From Faecousia sp. (GTDB lineage Bacteria > Bacillota > Clostridia > Oscillospirales > Oscillospiraceae), in assembly GCA_045604325.1 (NCBI GenBank), contig JAZUNW010000036.1, positions 2,393-66,392 of the forward strand: a stretch of 64,000 nt of DNA, in the 5' to 3' direction. How positions within the stretch are numbered: position 1 is the stretch's first letter; every line of letters starts with the position of its first letter. Both the position numbers and the translations under genes were made by a program. Below are positions 28,708-37,398 of this stretch, piece by piece. The notes beneath the pieces are model-generated. The model saw nothing but the letters and a program-made list of their open reading frames with translations, had not been told where the DNA came from and made no database searches.

Positions 28708-30648
28708 TTACTTTACCTTCGAAGAATACCGCACCTGCTGATCGTAGCCCAGCACCGTCGCTCTTGTGCCCGGCTTTGTTACCTTCAGGATCAGTTTGTA
28801 ATATATAAATTTCTTTACCTTGATCTGGATCCGCTTGACTGTTGGCGCCGCATGGACCAAAAACGAAAATGCAGAAAAGTCTACATTTCCAAAATCCATC
28901 AGCGAATACCCTGCGGTTTTGGTAAGGTAGTCGCTGCGCTTGTCTGTTTCTACTGTGACCTCCAAATTAGAGCCGCTTTCCGGCAGCAGCGACAGCCAAA
29001 TATGACTGGAGTACTTGCGCCGGAAGTCTGCTCCAAGGTCCATGTATCCCGATTCCCATACCGCTTGGATCGGCACATTTCCGTTGCCGCTCGGCGCGTC
29101 ATCGTAGCGGCTGCTTGGCTCAAAACGGTATACATTGCCACCCGCCGCAAAAAGCACATAGCCTTCAAAAACAAGGCTGTGTGTTACCCCAACCGTCAAT
29201 GCCGAGGTGTAGATGCTCCATGCGTCCAGATCGTACCGGTTGACCAGCACCGTTCCCGCCTCGTCATTCAAAAACACATAGTATGTTTTGGACTGGCCGT
29301 CATCGCAGACTACGACCTTTTGGGGGTCTGCCGCCGCAATGGTCCTGGCAACCTTTTGAGAGATGCATTTTGCGTTGCGTTCGTCCCGATAGCCGGAAGT
29401 AATGCGCCACTGATAGATACCGCCCTTGCTGAAAGAACGGGGGTCATTGTTGATAAGAGCCACCTGCCCCGGGGTATCGTTGCCAAATTCCCGATGTACC
29501 GGATGCAGATAGAATCCTGCGATCACACTTCCGTCTGCCAATGTCATTGGCTCATAAGTGATGGCGTCCACCCCGTCCGGCTTATACACCAGCAAACGGG
29601 AATAATGGCGCACCATGGCAGTAATGGGCGAATCAGAATGATCTACCACGATCTCATTACCGGCTGGCAGGTACAGACTGGGTTCGTTGTGGGTGCCGTC
29701 TCGCATGCCGTCATCGGCATAATACCGATCGGCATATCCGTGCTTATCGGCAAACGCAGGAATGCCGGAATAGTAGCATACGTTGCTGCCGTCACCGTAG
29801 AAAAAAATGCGTGTGTCGGTAGCGCCGTTAAAGTACTCACAATAAGGCATGGCAAGAAGTTTTTCCCGGGCGGCTTTCAGGTCTGCATCATTTGTGGTAC
29901 AGACGAATACCACTTCTGTGCCGGGGGCACTGCCCAGCCCTGTAAAGGTGTGGGTTTCCGCATTGTAGCTGCCAACATTATCGGCCGGGTATTCCACACC
30001 CCCAATATGTACGCCGACAACACTTGCCGTCATAGAAGGGAGCACATAGTCTTTGACATTCTCTTCTGATGTGAACTGTACCCGAAACTTGTCCGTCAAG
30101 ATATTCAGCGGCTCTCTGGTGGTACCGCCGCCGCTGGGCTTACATCCGTCAAGCGCCAATGGAATGTAAGGTTCTTCAAAATACCCGCCGGTTGTACGAA
30201 GCCGCACATCCAGTATGGGGCGGCCCAAGGATTCCAGATATGTTGTAACCAGTTTCGGTGTGTGAATGTGCCCCGTATCTTCGTCCACCAAAAGCACGTA
30301 TGCATCCTCACCGATTTGCAGCAGGTTGCGGATCTTCACATTTCCGGAAAATAGGACTTGCTCATATTTGTCTGCCCCCGCTGCCTTTCCGTACAGCTTG
30401 TTCCCGTCGCTCCACAAAAGATATTCTTTCCCGTCTACATATGCCTTACGCAGGATGTCCTTCACACTCCCCGCAAACCAATCGCTGCTATAACGCCGAA
30501 TACCCGGGCGGGATCGCAGGTTGAATCCGTCCGTAATGTAGAAGTTCTCGATTCTGGACGCCTCGCCCATCTGCAGCTCTGTTCTGCTGTCCGCGGATTC
30601 ATTCAGCCCCGTAAACTTGTCCACTTTGTAAAACTTCGTTTCAGACAC
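28708..30648 (-). CDS. Tail hub / DNA stabilization protein (P22 gp10-like)
   Basis: FTGLN..ENFYI..LRSRPG N-terminus, beta-rich body and WESGYMDLG..RK C-terminal motif; GTG start at 30648. Confidence 0.65.
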   Translation of the reverse strand: MSETKFYKVDKFTGLNESADSRTELQMGEASRIENFYITDGFNLRSRPGIRRYSSDWFAGSVKDILRKAYVDGKEYLLWSDGNKLYGKAAGADKYEQVLFSGNVKIRNLLQIGEDAYVLLVDEDTGHIHTPKLVTTYLESLGRPILDVRLRTTGGYFEEPYIPLALDGCKPSGGGTTREPLNILTDKFRVQFTSEENVKDYVLPSMTASVVGVHIGGVEYPADNVGSYNAETHTFTGLGSAPGTEVVFVCTTNDADLKAAREKLLAMPYCEYFNGATDTRIFFYGDGSNVCYYSGIPAFADKHGYADRYYADDGMRDGTHNEPSLYLPAGNEIVVDHSDSPITAMVRHYSRLLVYKPDGVDAITYEPMTLADGSVIAGFYLHPVHREFGNDTPGQVALINNDPRSFSKGGIYQWRITSGYRDERNAKCISQKVARTIAAADPQKVVVCDDGQSKTYYVFLNDEAGTVLVNRYDLDAWSIYTSALTVGVTHSLVFEGYVLFAAGGNVYRFEPSSRYDDAPSGNGNVPIQAVWESGYMDLGADFRRKYSSHIWLSLLPESGSNLEVTVETDKRSDYLTKTAGYSLMDFGNVDFSAFSFLVHAAPTVKRIQIKVKKFIYYKLILKVTKPGTRATVLGYDQQVRYSSKVK

Positions 30649-31075
30649 TGCACTCTTCCTCCTCTGTGTAATCGTAAATGTAAATTTCTGCCCGGGGATT
30701 TTCTTTGTCATACAGCACCCGGCTGCCGTCCCGGCTGCGGATGATGCTGCGGTTGTCGTCCTCAAGGATCCGCTCTTTCACCAAGATATCGTCCAAAGCC
30801 TCGTATAGGTTCAAATCATCCACACGCCGACGGGTAGCCGTATACAGCTTGTAAACAACACGAACCTTCCCCGGCAGTGGCTTTTCCGGCTTTGGGTGCA
30901 GAAACTTTGCCGCCTTAAACGCATATTCCGTGGTATCATTTCCGTTGCGCACAAACTGTTTTGCATACTTTCCGCACACCGGGCACCGTGGGCCGCAGCC
31001 TGCGATCCGGTGGCTGTTTTTCTTGGTTTTTGGATCCAGCGGGATCGTATATGTCAACAGTAAAATGGTGACCAT
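30641..31075 (-). CDS. RusA-like Holliday junction resolvase
   Basis: PKTKKNS, RRVDDLNLYEALDDIL, DDNR and ENPRAEI motifs; start uncertain. Confidence 0.75.
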   Translation of the reverse strand: MVTILLLTYTIPLDPKTKKNSHRIAGCGPRCPVCGKYAKQFVRNGNDTTEYAFKAAKFLHPKPEKPLPGKVRVVYKLYTATRRRVDDLNLYEALDDILVKERILEDDNRSIIRSRDGSRVLYDKENPRAEIYIYDYTEEEECSV

Positions 31076-31105
31076 CTCCTTTTGTCCGTCTATCTCCAAT
31101 TTACT

Positions 31106-31134
31106 AAAGTTTTTTCAAAATTATAGGGGGTAAT
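31106..31134 (-). promoter_or_regulatory. Putative late-promoter element, copy 2
   Basis: 27/29 identical to 19979-20007; upstream of the RusA-tail operon. Confidence 0.6.
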
Positions 31135-31171
31135 GGGTAATTTCTGCCCCAAACGGAAACAAAAGGAGCGG

Positions 31172-31498
31172 TCAATCCCGCTCCTTCCGTTTGCTGTATT
31201 TCCGCTTGTTTTTGGCCTTCTCCCTGCACTCCTCGCAGCAGTAGACTTTGTTGCTGTATGTGGTAAAAAACACCTTGCCGCAATAAGCACATTCTTTCTG
31301 AGGCGGTGCTGTTTCGGCAGGGCTCTGTGTTCCGGTCTGTTTGTGCTTTCGTCTGCTCTTTTGAGTGTGCAAGGTGCAATCCTTCCCCGGCGAGCACGGT
31401 CTCCTGTGCCCCTCCATGAAAATGTAATTGCAGCACTTTCCGCCCTCATAAGCGCCGAAAAAATATCGGCATCCCGTACACGGGTGGGTGCGCTTCAT
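31172..31498 (-). CDS. Cys-rich zinc-finger protein, candidate late activator
   Basis: CxxC..CCNY..RRPC and CAYCGK..YCCEEC motifs; last gene of the early operon. Confidence 0.6.
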   Translation of the reverse strand: MKRTHPCTGCRYFFGAYEGGKCCNYIFMEGHRRPCSPGKDCTLHTQKSRRKHKQTGTQSPAETAPPQKECAYCGKVFFTTYSNKVYCCEECREKAKNKRKYSKRKERD

Positions 31499-31504
31499 AA
31501 CGCA

Positions 31505-31951
31505 TCACTCCCAAAAGGGAAGCGCTTCGTCCGGACCGTCTATGAGAGTAAAGTCTTGCGCGGGAGCAGCAGGCGATTGATATGCGCCGTAGGCTTGTGC
31601 TCCGGACGCAGCAGCGCCCTCGGCTTGACGCTTGCTTTCCCCAAAGTAAACATTGTCCGCAACGACCTCCGCCGTTTTTCGCTTGTTTCCGTCCTTGTCA
31701 GTCCAACCACGGATCTGTAGTCTGCCGGACACCGCCACCATAGACCCTTTTTTCATGTACTTACTCACAAACTCACCCGTCTGCCGCCAGGCTACGCACT
31801 CGATAAAGTCCGTTTCCTTTTCTCCGCTATCGCTGTTGGAAAAATCGCGATCTACCGCGACAGCAAAATTCGTCACCGCAATGCCGCTACCCGTGCGCCG
31901 CATCTCCGGGTCTCTCGTCAACCGCCCCATGAGTACAATATGATTCAGCAT
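31505..31951 (-). CDS. ssb: Single-stranded DNA-binding protein (phage)
   Basis: MLNHIVLMGRLTRDPE, FAVAVDR, ETDFIECVAW and an acidic LPF tail. Confidence 0.96.
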   Translation of the reverse strand: MLNHIVLMGRLTRDPEMRRTGSGIAVTNFAVAVDRDFSNSDSGEKETDFIECVAWRQTGEFVSKYMKKGSMVAVSGRLQIRGWTDKDGNKRKTAEVVADNVYFGESKRQAEGAAASGAQAYGAYQSPAAPAQDFTLIDGPDEALPFWE

Positions 31952-31962
31952 TCTTTCTCCTC

Positions 31963-32437
31963 CTAAGTACTTGTTTCGTTTTCTACGCCGGTCTCATTTG
32001 CCGGCTGCCGCAGGTATTGCACCAGGCACTCCATGCACTTTTCTTCCGGAACACCGCCGTCTGTGTCCACAAGCTGTTGGCACTCCGGCTTATTCTGGCA
32101 GAACTTCAGCTCGAAGTCGCTGTTTGCCTGTGCATATAAATACTGCGCCAGCTCCGGATCGTCCATCCTGCGGATCAGATCACCACGGGAAGGTGTTTCG
32201 TCCCCACAAGGGCCAAATACGCAGTAGTTTACATAGCCGGGCTCTTCAGGCAACCGCTCCGCCACCGGGATCCACTTTGGCGTAAAGCCAACACCGTTAG
32301 CAATCAGATGGTCGGCTTCCACCTCCAGGGATTCCCGATAGGACAGTTCCCTTTCAAACGAGAATATCTCCGTGGACTTGCTCTTCGCCTCGCTGAGCAG
32401 CCTGACCAGCTTTTCTCTCATTGTTAGTTCATCATCC
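31963..32437 (-). CDS. Hypothetical phage protein
   Basis: ADHLIANGV..WIPVAERLPE motif common in Firmicutes phage early genes; start uncertain. Confidence 0.65.
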
Positions 32438-32624
32438 ATTTTATAAGCCCCCGTACAGACATCACAGAAAGTGTTATTACAGCAACAGATGCACCCCAAT
32501 GATTAGTTGGAAGCCCCATTGCTACCCACGCAACCGCATAGGTAGAAAAGAAGCCAAAAAGCGTTGTCCAAAGGAACACCGCAAATTTAAGATAGGTTAC
32601 AATCTTTTCTCTTGTGTTAGGCAT
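32424..32624 (-). CDS. Small two-TM hypothetical protein
   Basis: ORF in the operon chain with overlapping stop/start codons. Confidence 0.55.
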   Translation of the reverse strand: MPNTREKIVTYLKFAVFLWTTLFGFFSTYAVAWVAMGLPTNHWGASVAVITLSVMSVRGLIKWMMN

Positions 32625-32790
32625 TGTCTTCCCCCTGCTCTACAACCAGACCCACAATAAACTCATTTGATGTCGGGCAGTATGTAATAGAAATGGAAAT
32701 TGGGTTTAGGTTATGTTTTCTGCAATAGTGATTTACTTTTGTTTCAATATCTTCCACATAGCCTATCACCCAAGTTTCAACATGATTCAC
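32617..32790 (-). CDS. Hypothetical protein (57 aa)
   Basis: Not in the ORF track. GTG start, MNHVETWVIGYVEDIETKVNHYCRKHNLNP...; fills the gap and overlaps both neighbours. Confidence 0.55.
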   Translation of the reverse strand: MNHVETWVIGYVEDIETKVNHYCRKHNLNPISISITYCPTSNEFIVGLVVEQGEDNA

Positions 32791-33113
32791 TCTTCCTCTC
32801 TCCTTTCTCCGTAGGAACAGAAATCGTCTGCATTTGTGGGATATGGTCTTTCATAGCAACCACAGAAAATAGAACACCTGTAATCGCTCCCACCGCCAAG
32901 CAAATTGACATAGTGTATGCAATCCTTACACCGCACCACTTCCACGGCATCCACGGTGGGGGCATCGTCGGCATAGAACTCGCAAACGCAATGCCCCAGT
33001 TCATTTTCAACACAAATAATTCCATTTCTGAACAGAAGGCTGTAATCCGTATTATCGCTTGCGTGCAATGTGTATCTTCCGTTGCCATCAATCAGCCGCT
33101 TTTCATTTGCCAT
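32787..33113 (-). CDS. Hypothetical phage protein
   Basis: APTVDAVEVVRCKDC...DDFCSYGER motif typical of Clostridia phage early genes. Confidence 0.75.
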   Translation of the reverse strand: MANEKRLIDGNGRYTLHASDNTDYSLLFRNGIICVENELGHCVCEFYADDAPTVDAVEVVRCKDCIHYVNLLGGGSDYRCSIFCGCYERPYPTNADDFCSYGERREEE

Positions 33114-33267
33114 CTTCCAACATCTCCTTTATGGTTTCCTCGATCATCTGCACAGCATCACCCAATGCTTGCCCGGCACTTTGCTCCATACCATAGGAAA
33201 CACCTTCAATCATTCCCAATGCTCGGTTGATAGTGCTTATTTGGGAGATTAGCTTGTCATTTGCCAT
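33103..33267 (-). CDS. Hypothetical phage protein
   Basis: MANDKLISQISTINRALG..., coupled to both neighbours. Confidence 0.6.
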   Translation of the reverse strand: MANDKLISQISTINRALGMIEGVSYGMEQSAGQALGDAVQMIEETIKEMLEDGK

Positions 33268-33616
33268 AATCAATACCCTCGCACAGCCGGTCATATTCCT
33301 GCAGTTCCGCTTCCGTTGGCTCATCCTCCGGTCTGCCCTGGTCGTAACCGAGGGTGCATGAAGTTTCAAAGCAGCAACCCGCTAAGTCTTCTGCCGTTTC
33401 GACCCACGCAGGATACTCTACATGACCCCAGGGACACCCTTGGCAGTATTTAATAACCGGATCGATACACCGCTGTGGTTTCTCTGTTCGGGCTCGTTCT
33501 TCCTCTTGCCTTGACAGATCTCCTGCAAGCCTACAGCAGGCAAGCACGACTGCAAGAACGAACGCCAGTGCTAAAACAATTGCCGCTATTACAAACCATA
33601 ATCCTTCCATGGTCAC
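33257..33616 (-). CDS. Hypothetical membrane-anchored Cys-rich protein
   Basis: N-terminal TM helix; overlaps the RT stop codon. Confidence 0.6.
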   Translation of the reverse strand: MTMEGLWFVIAAIVLALAFVLAVVLACCRLAGDLSRQEEERARTEKPQRCIDPVIKYCQGCPWGHVEYPAWVETAEDLAGCCFETSCTLGYDQGRPEDEPTEAELQEYDRLCEGIDYGK

Positions 33617-34647
33617 ACTCCTTCGTGTAATATCTCATTTATCTTTTCGTCCATGGCTCTGCTCAGCTTATAGCAGTTGCCATGGGATATATGATTTTTC
33701 CAAGCCCCGTAAGATGAGCGGAATTTATTCATTGGTAGCTTTCCTGCCGCAACAAGCTTTGCCATCCGCAGAAACTTCCGTTGGGCATTTCGCTTGTTCT
33801 GATTCTTCAGCCTGCGTACCGGAACACCATCAGGCGCGATGTAGGTATGAAACCCCAAATAGCTAACGCCATTCTTAAATGGGAATATCTGCGTCTTTCC
33901 GTTCAAAGTCAGCCCCAAAGTATCCACATATGCCGTTATCACTTCGAGACAGTACTGCAAATACGCCTTGTCTGAGTGGATCAGATAGAAGTCGTCCATA
34001 TATCGACCATAGAATTCAATCCCCAGATCTCCCTTTATCAGCTTGTCCATACCGTCTAAGTACAGCAGTGCAAACCCTTGGTTGATCTGATTGCCCAGCG
34101 GCAGACCTTTGCCCTCGGTGCTGTCAATGAACAGCTCGCACAACCAGCACACATCTGGATCATCTCCAAAGTGGTACCGGACAATATCTTTCAGCTGATC
34201 GTGGGAAATGTTGTAGAAAAACTTGGTGATATCGCATTTGAGGATATAACCACTCATGCCATACCGGCTGTAAAACTGCTGCATTTGCTCGCTCAGCCGG
34301 TCAAGGCCGAACAGGGTACCCTTGCCTTTCTGCCCGGCGCAGTTATCCCAAATAAAGATATCCTGCAGCCGTGGCATCAGTACATTGTCACACAGACAGT
34401 GCTGGATAACCTTGTCCTTGAAACTGGTGGTCTGTATCACGCGCTCCTTCGGCTCGTACACGCGGAATTCGTTGTACTCCGAAACAGTGTATGTCTTATC
34501 CTTCAACTGGGCTATGAGGGTGTGTACGCCGTCCAGCGCCCCGACACTGAACCGGGCAGCGCTTTTCTTGTACCCTTTCCCGCACTTCGCCTTGCGGAAG
34601 GCTCTGTACATATTGTGAAAATCCGTCACTTTTTCAAACTCGGTCAT
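33613..34647 (-). CDS. DGR reverse transcriptase
   Basis: YEPKER, FKDKVIQH, GKGT, LKCDITKFF, GLPLGNQINQ, YGRYMDDF and YLGF motifs; adjacent to TR and avd. Confidence 0.95.
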   Translation of the reverse strand: MTEFEKVTDFHNMYRAFRKAKCGKGYKKSAARFSVGALDGVHTLIAQLKDKTYTVSEYNEFRVYEPKERVIQTTSFKDKVIQHCLCDNVLMPRLQDIFIWDNCAGQKGKGTLFGLDRLSEQMQQFYSRYGMSGYILKCDITKFFYNISHDQLKDIVRYHFGDDPDVCWLCELFIDSTEGKGLPLGNQINQGFALLYLDGMDKLIKGDLGIEFYGRYMDDFYLIHSDKAYLQYCLEVITAYVDTLGLTLNGKTQIFPFKNGVSYLGFHTYIAPDGVPVRRLKNQNKRNAQRKFLRMAKLVAAGKLPMNKFRSSYGAWKNHISHGNCYKLSRAMDEKINEILHEGV

Positions 34648-34753
34648 CCGGCACCATCCTTTCGTGTTTATCCGCAATGCGGAAAGGTCGTGCGTTCTTT
34701 TGATGGAGGTGTATTGATTTCGGCTTGTGCCTACTCTGTCGAACGTTCCTCAG

Positions 34754-34821
34754 AACGGGCGAACGCCGTTGTCGTTGTTGTAGTTGTCATTGTTGATGTT
34801 GCCAGACGGCGAGACGCAAAG
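34754..34821 (-). repeat. DGR template repeat (TR)
   Basis: Coding strand ctttgcgtctcgccgtctggc AAC ATC AAC AAT GAC AAC TAC AAC AAC GAC AAC ggcgttcgcccgtt; non-coding, between avd and RT. Confidence 0.95.
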
Positions 34822-34849
34822 GAAAATACAACGCACGGCCTGAGTATCA

Positions 34850-35218
34850 TTACTGCCGCTCCTTCGAACGCCATGCGATGGACATGTATTTCACATCCCG
34901 TACCATCTTGGACCAGTACTCCGCTGAATTGTCGGTCAGCAGGCCCAGGCTCATAGACAGCTCGATGTAAAACAGCAGCTCATCGCACAGCGTGACCGCC
35001 CTGGTGATCGTCTCGCACCGCTCTCGCTTATGGGTCGTATTGTTGATCCGGTTGGCTTCGAACAGTGCGTCATAGATATCCAGGCTCTTAATCTGCATAC
35101 GGTCGACGAGGGAATGGCGATACTTCTTAGGATATCGGTTGCAGTTGGATGTCAGCTTGAAGGTGTGTACCGCCAATTCCTTTGCCTTGACGATCACCTT
35201 CAGGTCATTGTCTGCCAT
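34850..35218 (-). CDS. avd: DGR accessory variability determinant (Avd-like four-helix bundle)
   Basis: 122 aa; YPKKYRHSLVDRMQ..EAN..R..A..C..LL.YIELS..W pattern; between targets and TR. Confidence 0.88.
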   Translation of the reverse strand: MADNDLKVIVKAKELAVHTFKLTSNCNRYPKKYRHSLVDRMQIKSLDIYDALFEANRINNTTHKRERCETITRAVTLCDELLFYIELSMSLGLLTDNSAEYWSKMVRDVKYMSIAWRSKERQ

Positions 35219-35220
35219 GA

Positions 35221-35757
35221 TTAGTCCTCAGAAGATTCAAAGATAGAAGATTTGAAGAATAAAAACGGGCGAACGCCGATGTCGTAGTTGCAGATGTCAT
35301 ATCTGATGTAGCCAGACGGCGAGACGCAAAGCGTCCAGTACGGATCATCGTGGGGCTTGCAGCTTTCGGGAGTGGCAAGCCACCACCAGCCGCTTGCGGG
35401 ATACTTGTCGAAGATCTCCGCATTCGCACGGTAGAAGTCCAGAGTCGGCAGGCTGATCTTGGATTCCATTACGCCGTAGGTCTTCAGACCGCACAGGGTG
35501 GTAAGGTCTGTATGTATGGTACAAAGATTCTCTTCACCGATAGCAGCGATGATCTTGGGAAGGATCTCCTTCTCCATCTTCTTCAGCACATCGCTGGAGC
35601 GCAGATCATTGTTGTCACCGAAACTGGAACGGAAGGCGATGTCCTTCATCACCACAGGCACCATACCGTCCACCTCGGGGAATTTGATGAATTCCATACC
35701 TGCGACCTCGAAGGTCTCACCGGCTTTTACATTGGGGAAATTGATAGTCTTGCTCAT
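35221..35757 (-). CDS. DGR target protein B (DUF6273-like, C-type-lectin-fold VR)
   Basis: WWWLATP...CVSPSG-[VR]-GVRPF C-terminus. Confidence 0.88.
   Translation of the reverse strand: MSKTINFPNVKAGETFEVAGMEFIKFPEVDGMVPVVMKDIAFRSSFGDNNDLRSSDVLKKMEKEILPKIIAAIGEENLCTIHTDLTTLCGLKTYGVMESKISLPTLDFYRANAEIFDKYPASGWWWLATPESCKPHDDPYWTLCVSPSGYIRYDICNYDIGVRPFLFFKSSIFESSED
35264..35331 (-). repeat. DGR variable repeat VR-B
   Basis: 68-bp match to TR with 8 mismatches, 7 at TR adenines. Confidence 0.92.
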
Positions 35758-35771
35758 GATTCGTTCTCCTT

Positions 35772-36383
35772 TCACTTCGATACAAAGATATTAGAATTTA
35801 AGATACAAAACGGGCGAACGCCGATGCCGCCGCTGAAGTCGCCATAGTTGATGCGGCCAGACGGCGAGACGCACTTGACCCAGCTCGCATTTTCATGCTT
35901 CGCTGTGCTGTGGGGCGTTGCCAGCCACCACCAAGCGCCCAGTTTGTGCTCGTCCAGGATCTCCACGAACTTGCGGTACATATCCGCCGTCAGGAGGGAT
36001 ACGCGGCGCTTAATGATGCCGTAGTCCTTCAGGCCATCGTCAGAGGTCAGGTCCACATCGTGCAGCAGCACATTCTCAGTACCTACGATGTCGGCCAGCT
36101 CGTCAGCAAACTCGTTGCAGATCTCCTCCACATTGGAGCCGGCGTAGTTATTATCGCTGTCGCCGAACTCCTCGCTTTCCCGCAGCAACTCCTTGCGGAT
36201 CAGCGCCGTGCCCTCTTCCCGGTGCTCCAGCACGACAAACTCGTGACTGCCCACCTTCACTACCTCGCCGGGTGCGGCTTCAGCCAGCTTCATCATCGGC
36301 ACGCCGAAACTCTCCCGGATCTGCTCCACTTGTTCTTGGGTCAAGCCCACCTTCTGTCCGTTGATCGAAATGTAGTTTTGCAT
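35772..36383 (-). CDS. DGR target protein A (DUF6273-like, paralog of target B)
   Basis: WWWLATP...CVSPSG-[VR]-GVRPF; start at ATG 36383 with GGAGG RBS. Confidence 0.88.
   Translation of the reverse strand: MQNYISINGQKVGLTQEQVEQIRESFGVPMMKLAEAAPGEVVKVGSHEFVVLEHREEGTALIRKELLRESEEFGDSDNNYAGSNVEEICNEFADELADIVGTENVLLHDVDLTSDDGLKDYGIIKRRVSLLTADMYRKFVEILDEHKLGAWWWLATPHSTAKHENASWVKCVSPSGRINYGDFSGGIGVRPFCILNSNIFVSK
35809..35873 (-). repeat. DGR variable repeat VR-A
   Basis: 65-bp match to TR with 11 mismatches, all at TR adenines. Confidence 0.94.
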
Positions 36384-36387
36384 TTGT

Positions 36388-37398
36388 TTATTTCCTCCTG
36401 TCAAATAGTGATATTTCTTCAAAGTTCATCGCAGGGAACTTTGGCGGGTTATCAAGCATTGCCCAGCGGAAGGGGCGGTGGGTATCAATGTAACCCTCCT
36501 CTTCCATCCGGAAGCGCTTATCAAAATCGTGGACGGTGTGTCCGTCCGCCTTGAATGTTACCGGGCTGTCCTTGTCCCACTTGAGGAGCAGCGCCCAGTG
36601 GTCTGGGTAATTGCGCCATAGGTTACGCAGCTGATCCAACCCCTGATTATGGCAGAACCAGCATCCGGACCTGCAGGCATTCTCATACGCTGGTGAGAGT
36701 GTTCCTTCGTATTGGCACCATAGACCACAAAGATCCTCGTACCAGTCCGCTTCCACCAACGGCAAAAGGAACCCAGGCTTATCTATGTAGCGGGCAACGC
36801 GCTCTGGTTCGTCAGCTGCAATGCCAAGGATATGGACGATATTTCTTTTCGCCCCTCGCCGCCGGGGGCTTTGGGAAAAGGCTTTGATTTGAGTCGGGTG
36901 CACCAGTTCCCTCCGCTCGGACTGCTGATGGGAAAGCCGTAAGGCCGCCCTCTTGAGGTCGCTGTTGCACCACAGGGACCACTTGGTCGGAAATCCCCAA
37001 ATTGACCCGCACTTTGAGTTTGCTGTTGCACCATGGTCCCTGCTGATAGGGCCATCCGGTGCACCCCCCCGATCCGGATTCTTCCGCTCCGGCACATGGT
37101 AGAACAGCTTTTCGTAGGTCAGTCGTTCTCCGTCCCGAGTAGCACAGATATGCTCCACCGTTAGACCCCACCGAGCCTTGATATACGCATCTGCCTTTGC
37201 CTTGAACTCTACCATTGGTGGCAAATCGGCAGGGATGGTGTCCGTAGCCCACACCTCCGCATGAACAACCCGATGCACCGGAATTCCCAGTATGTCGATG
37301 GTAACATGAAGCCCTGCAAAACTGTCCTTGCCATAGGAGATGCTGTAAATAAACTCGGTATTCTCACGATCCTCATCGGATATCAGGTTATACCACAC
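36388..37398 (-). CDS. PAPS-reductase-family protein with an internal three-frame cassette region
   Basis: SISYGKDS PP-loop, GFP..WCNSDLK, LGIAADEPER and RSGCWFCHNQ motifs. Confidence 0.85.
   Translation of the reverse strand: MWYNLISDEDRENTEFIYSISYGKDSFAGLHVTIDILGIPVHRVVHAEVWATDTIPADLPPMVEFKAKADAYIKARWGLTVEHICATRDGERLTYEKLFYHVPERKNPDRGGAPDGPISRDHGATANSKCGSIWGFPTKWSLWCNSDLKRAALRLSHQQSERRELVHPTQIKAFSQSPRRRGAKRNIVHILGIAADEPERVARYIDKPGFLLPLVEADWYEDLCGLWCQYEGTLSPAYENACRSGCWFCHNQGLDQLRNLWRNYPDHWALLLKWDKDSPVTFKADGHTVHDFDKRFRMEEEGYIDTHRPFRWAMLDNPPKFPAMNFEEISLFDRRK
36888..37063 (-). repeat. Three diverged tandem ~60-bp units encoding G(F/W)P-x-WC-x-LK, each in a different frame
   Basis: Shared core tggtgca(a/c)c...ctcaa; unit offsets of 61 and 58 nt. 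Confidence 0.85.

Larger units (their letters stand above)
33613..36383 (-). mobile_element. Diversity-generating retroelement cassette: target A - target B - avd - TR - RT
   Basis: All canonical components are present, with adenine-specific TR/VR mismatches. Confidence 0.95.

Noticed and set aside
33613..34677. RT as a group II intron, retron or Abi RT
   Set aside because: No maturase/endonuclease extension; the adjacent Avd, TR and adenine-specific VRs identify a DGR
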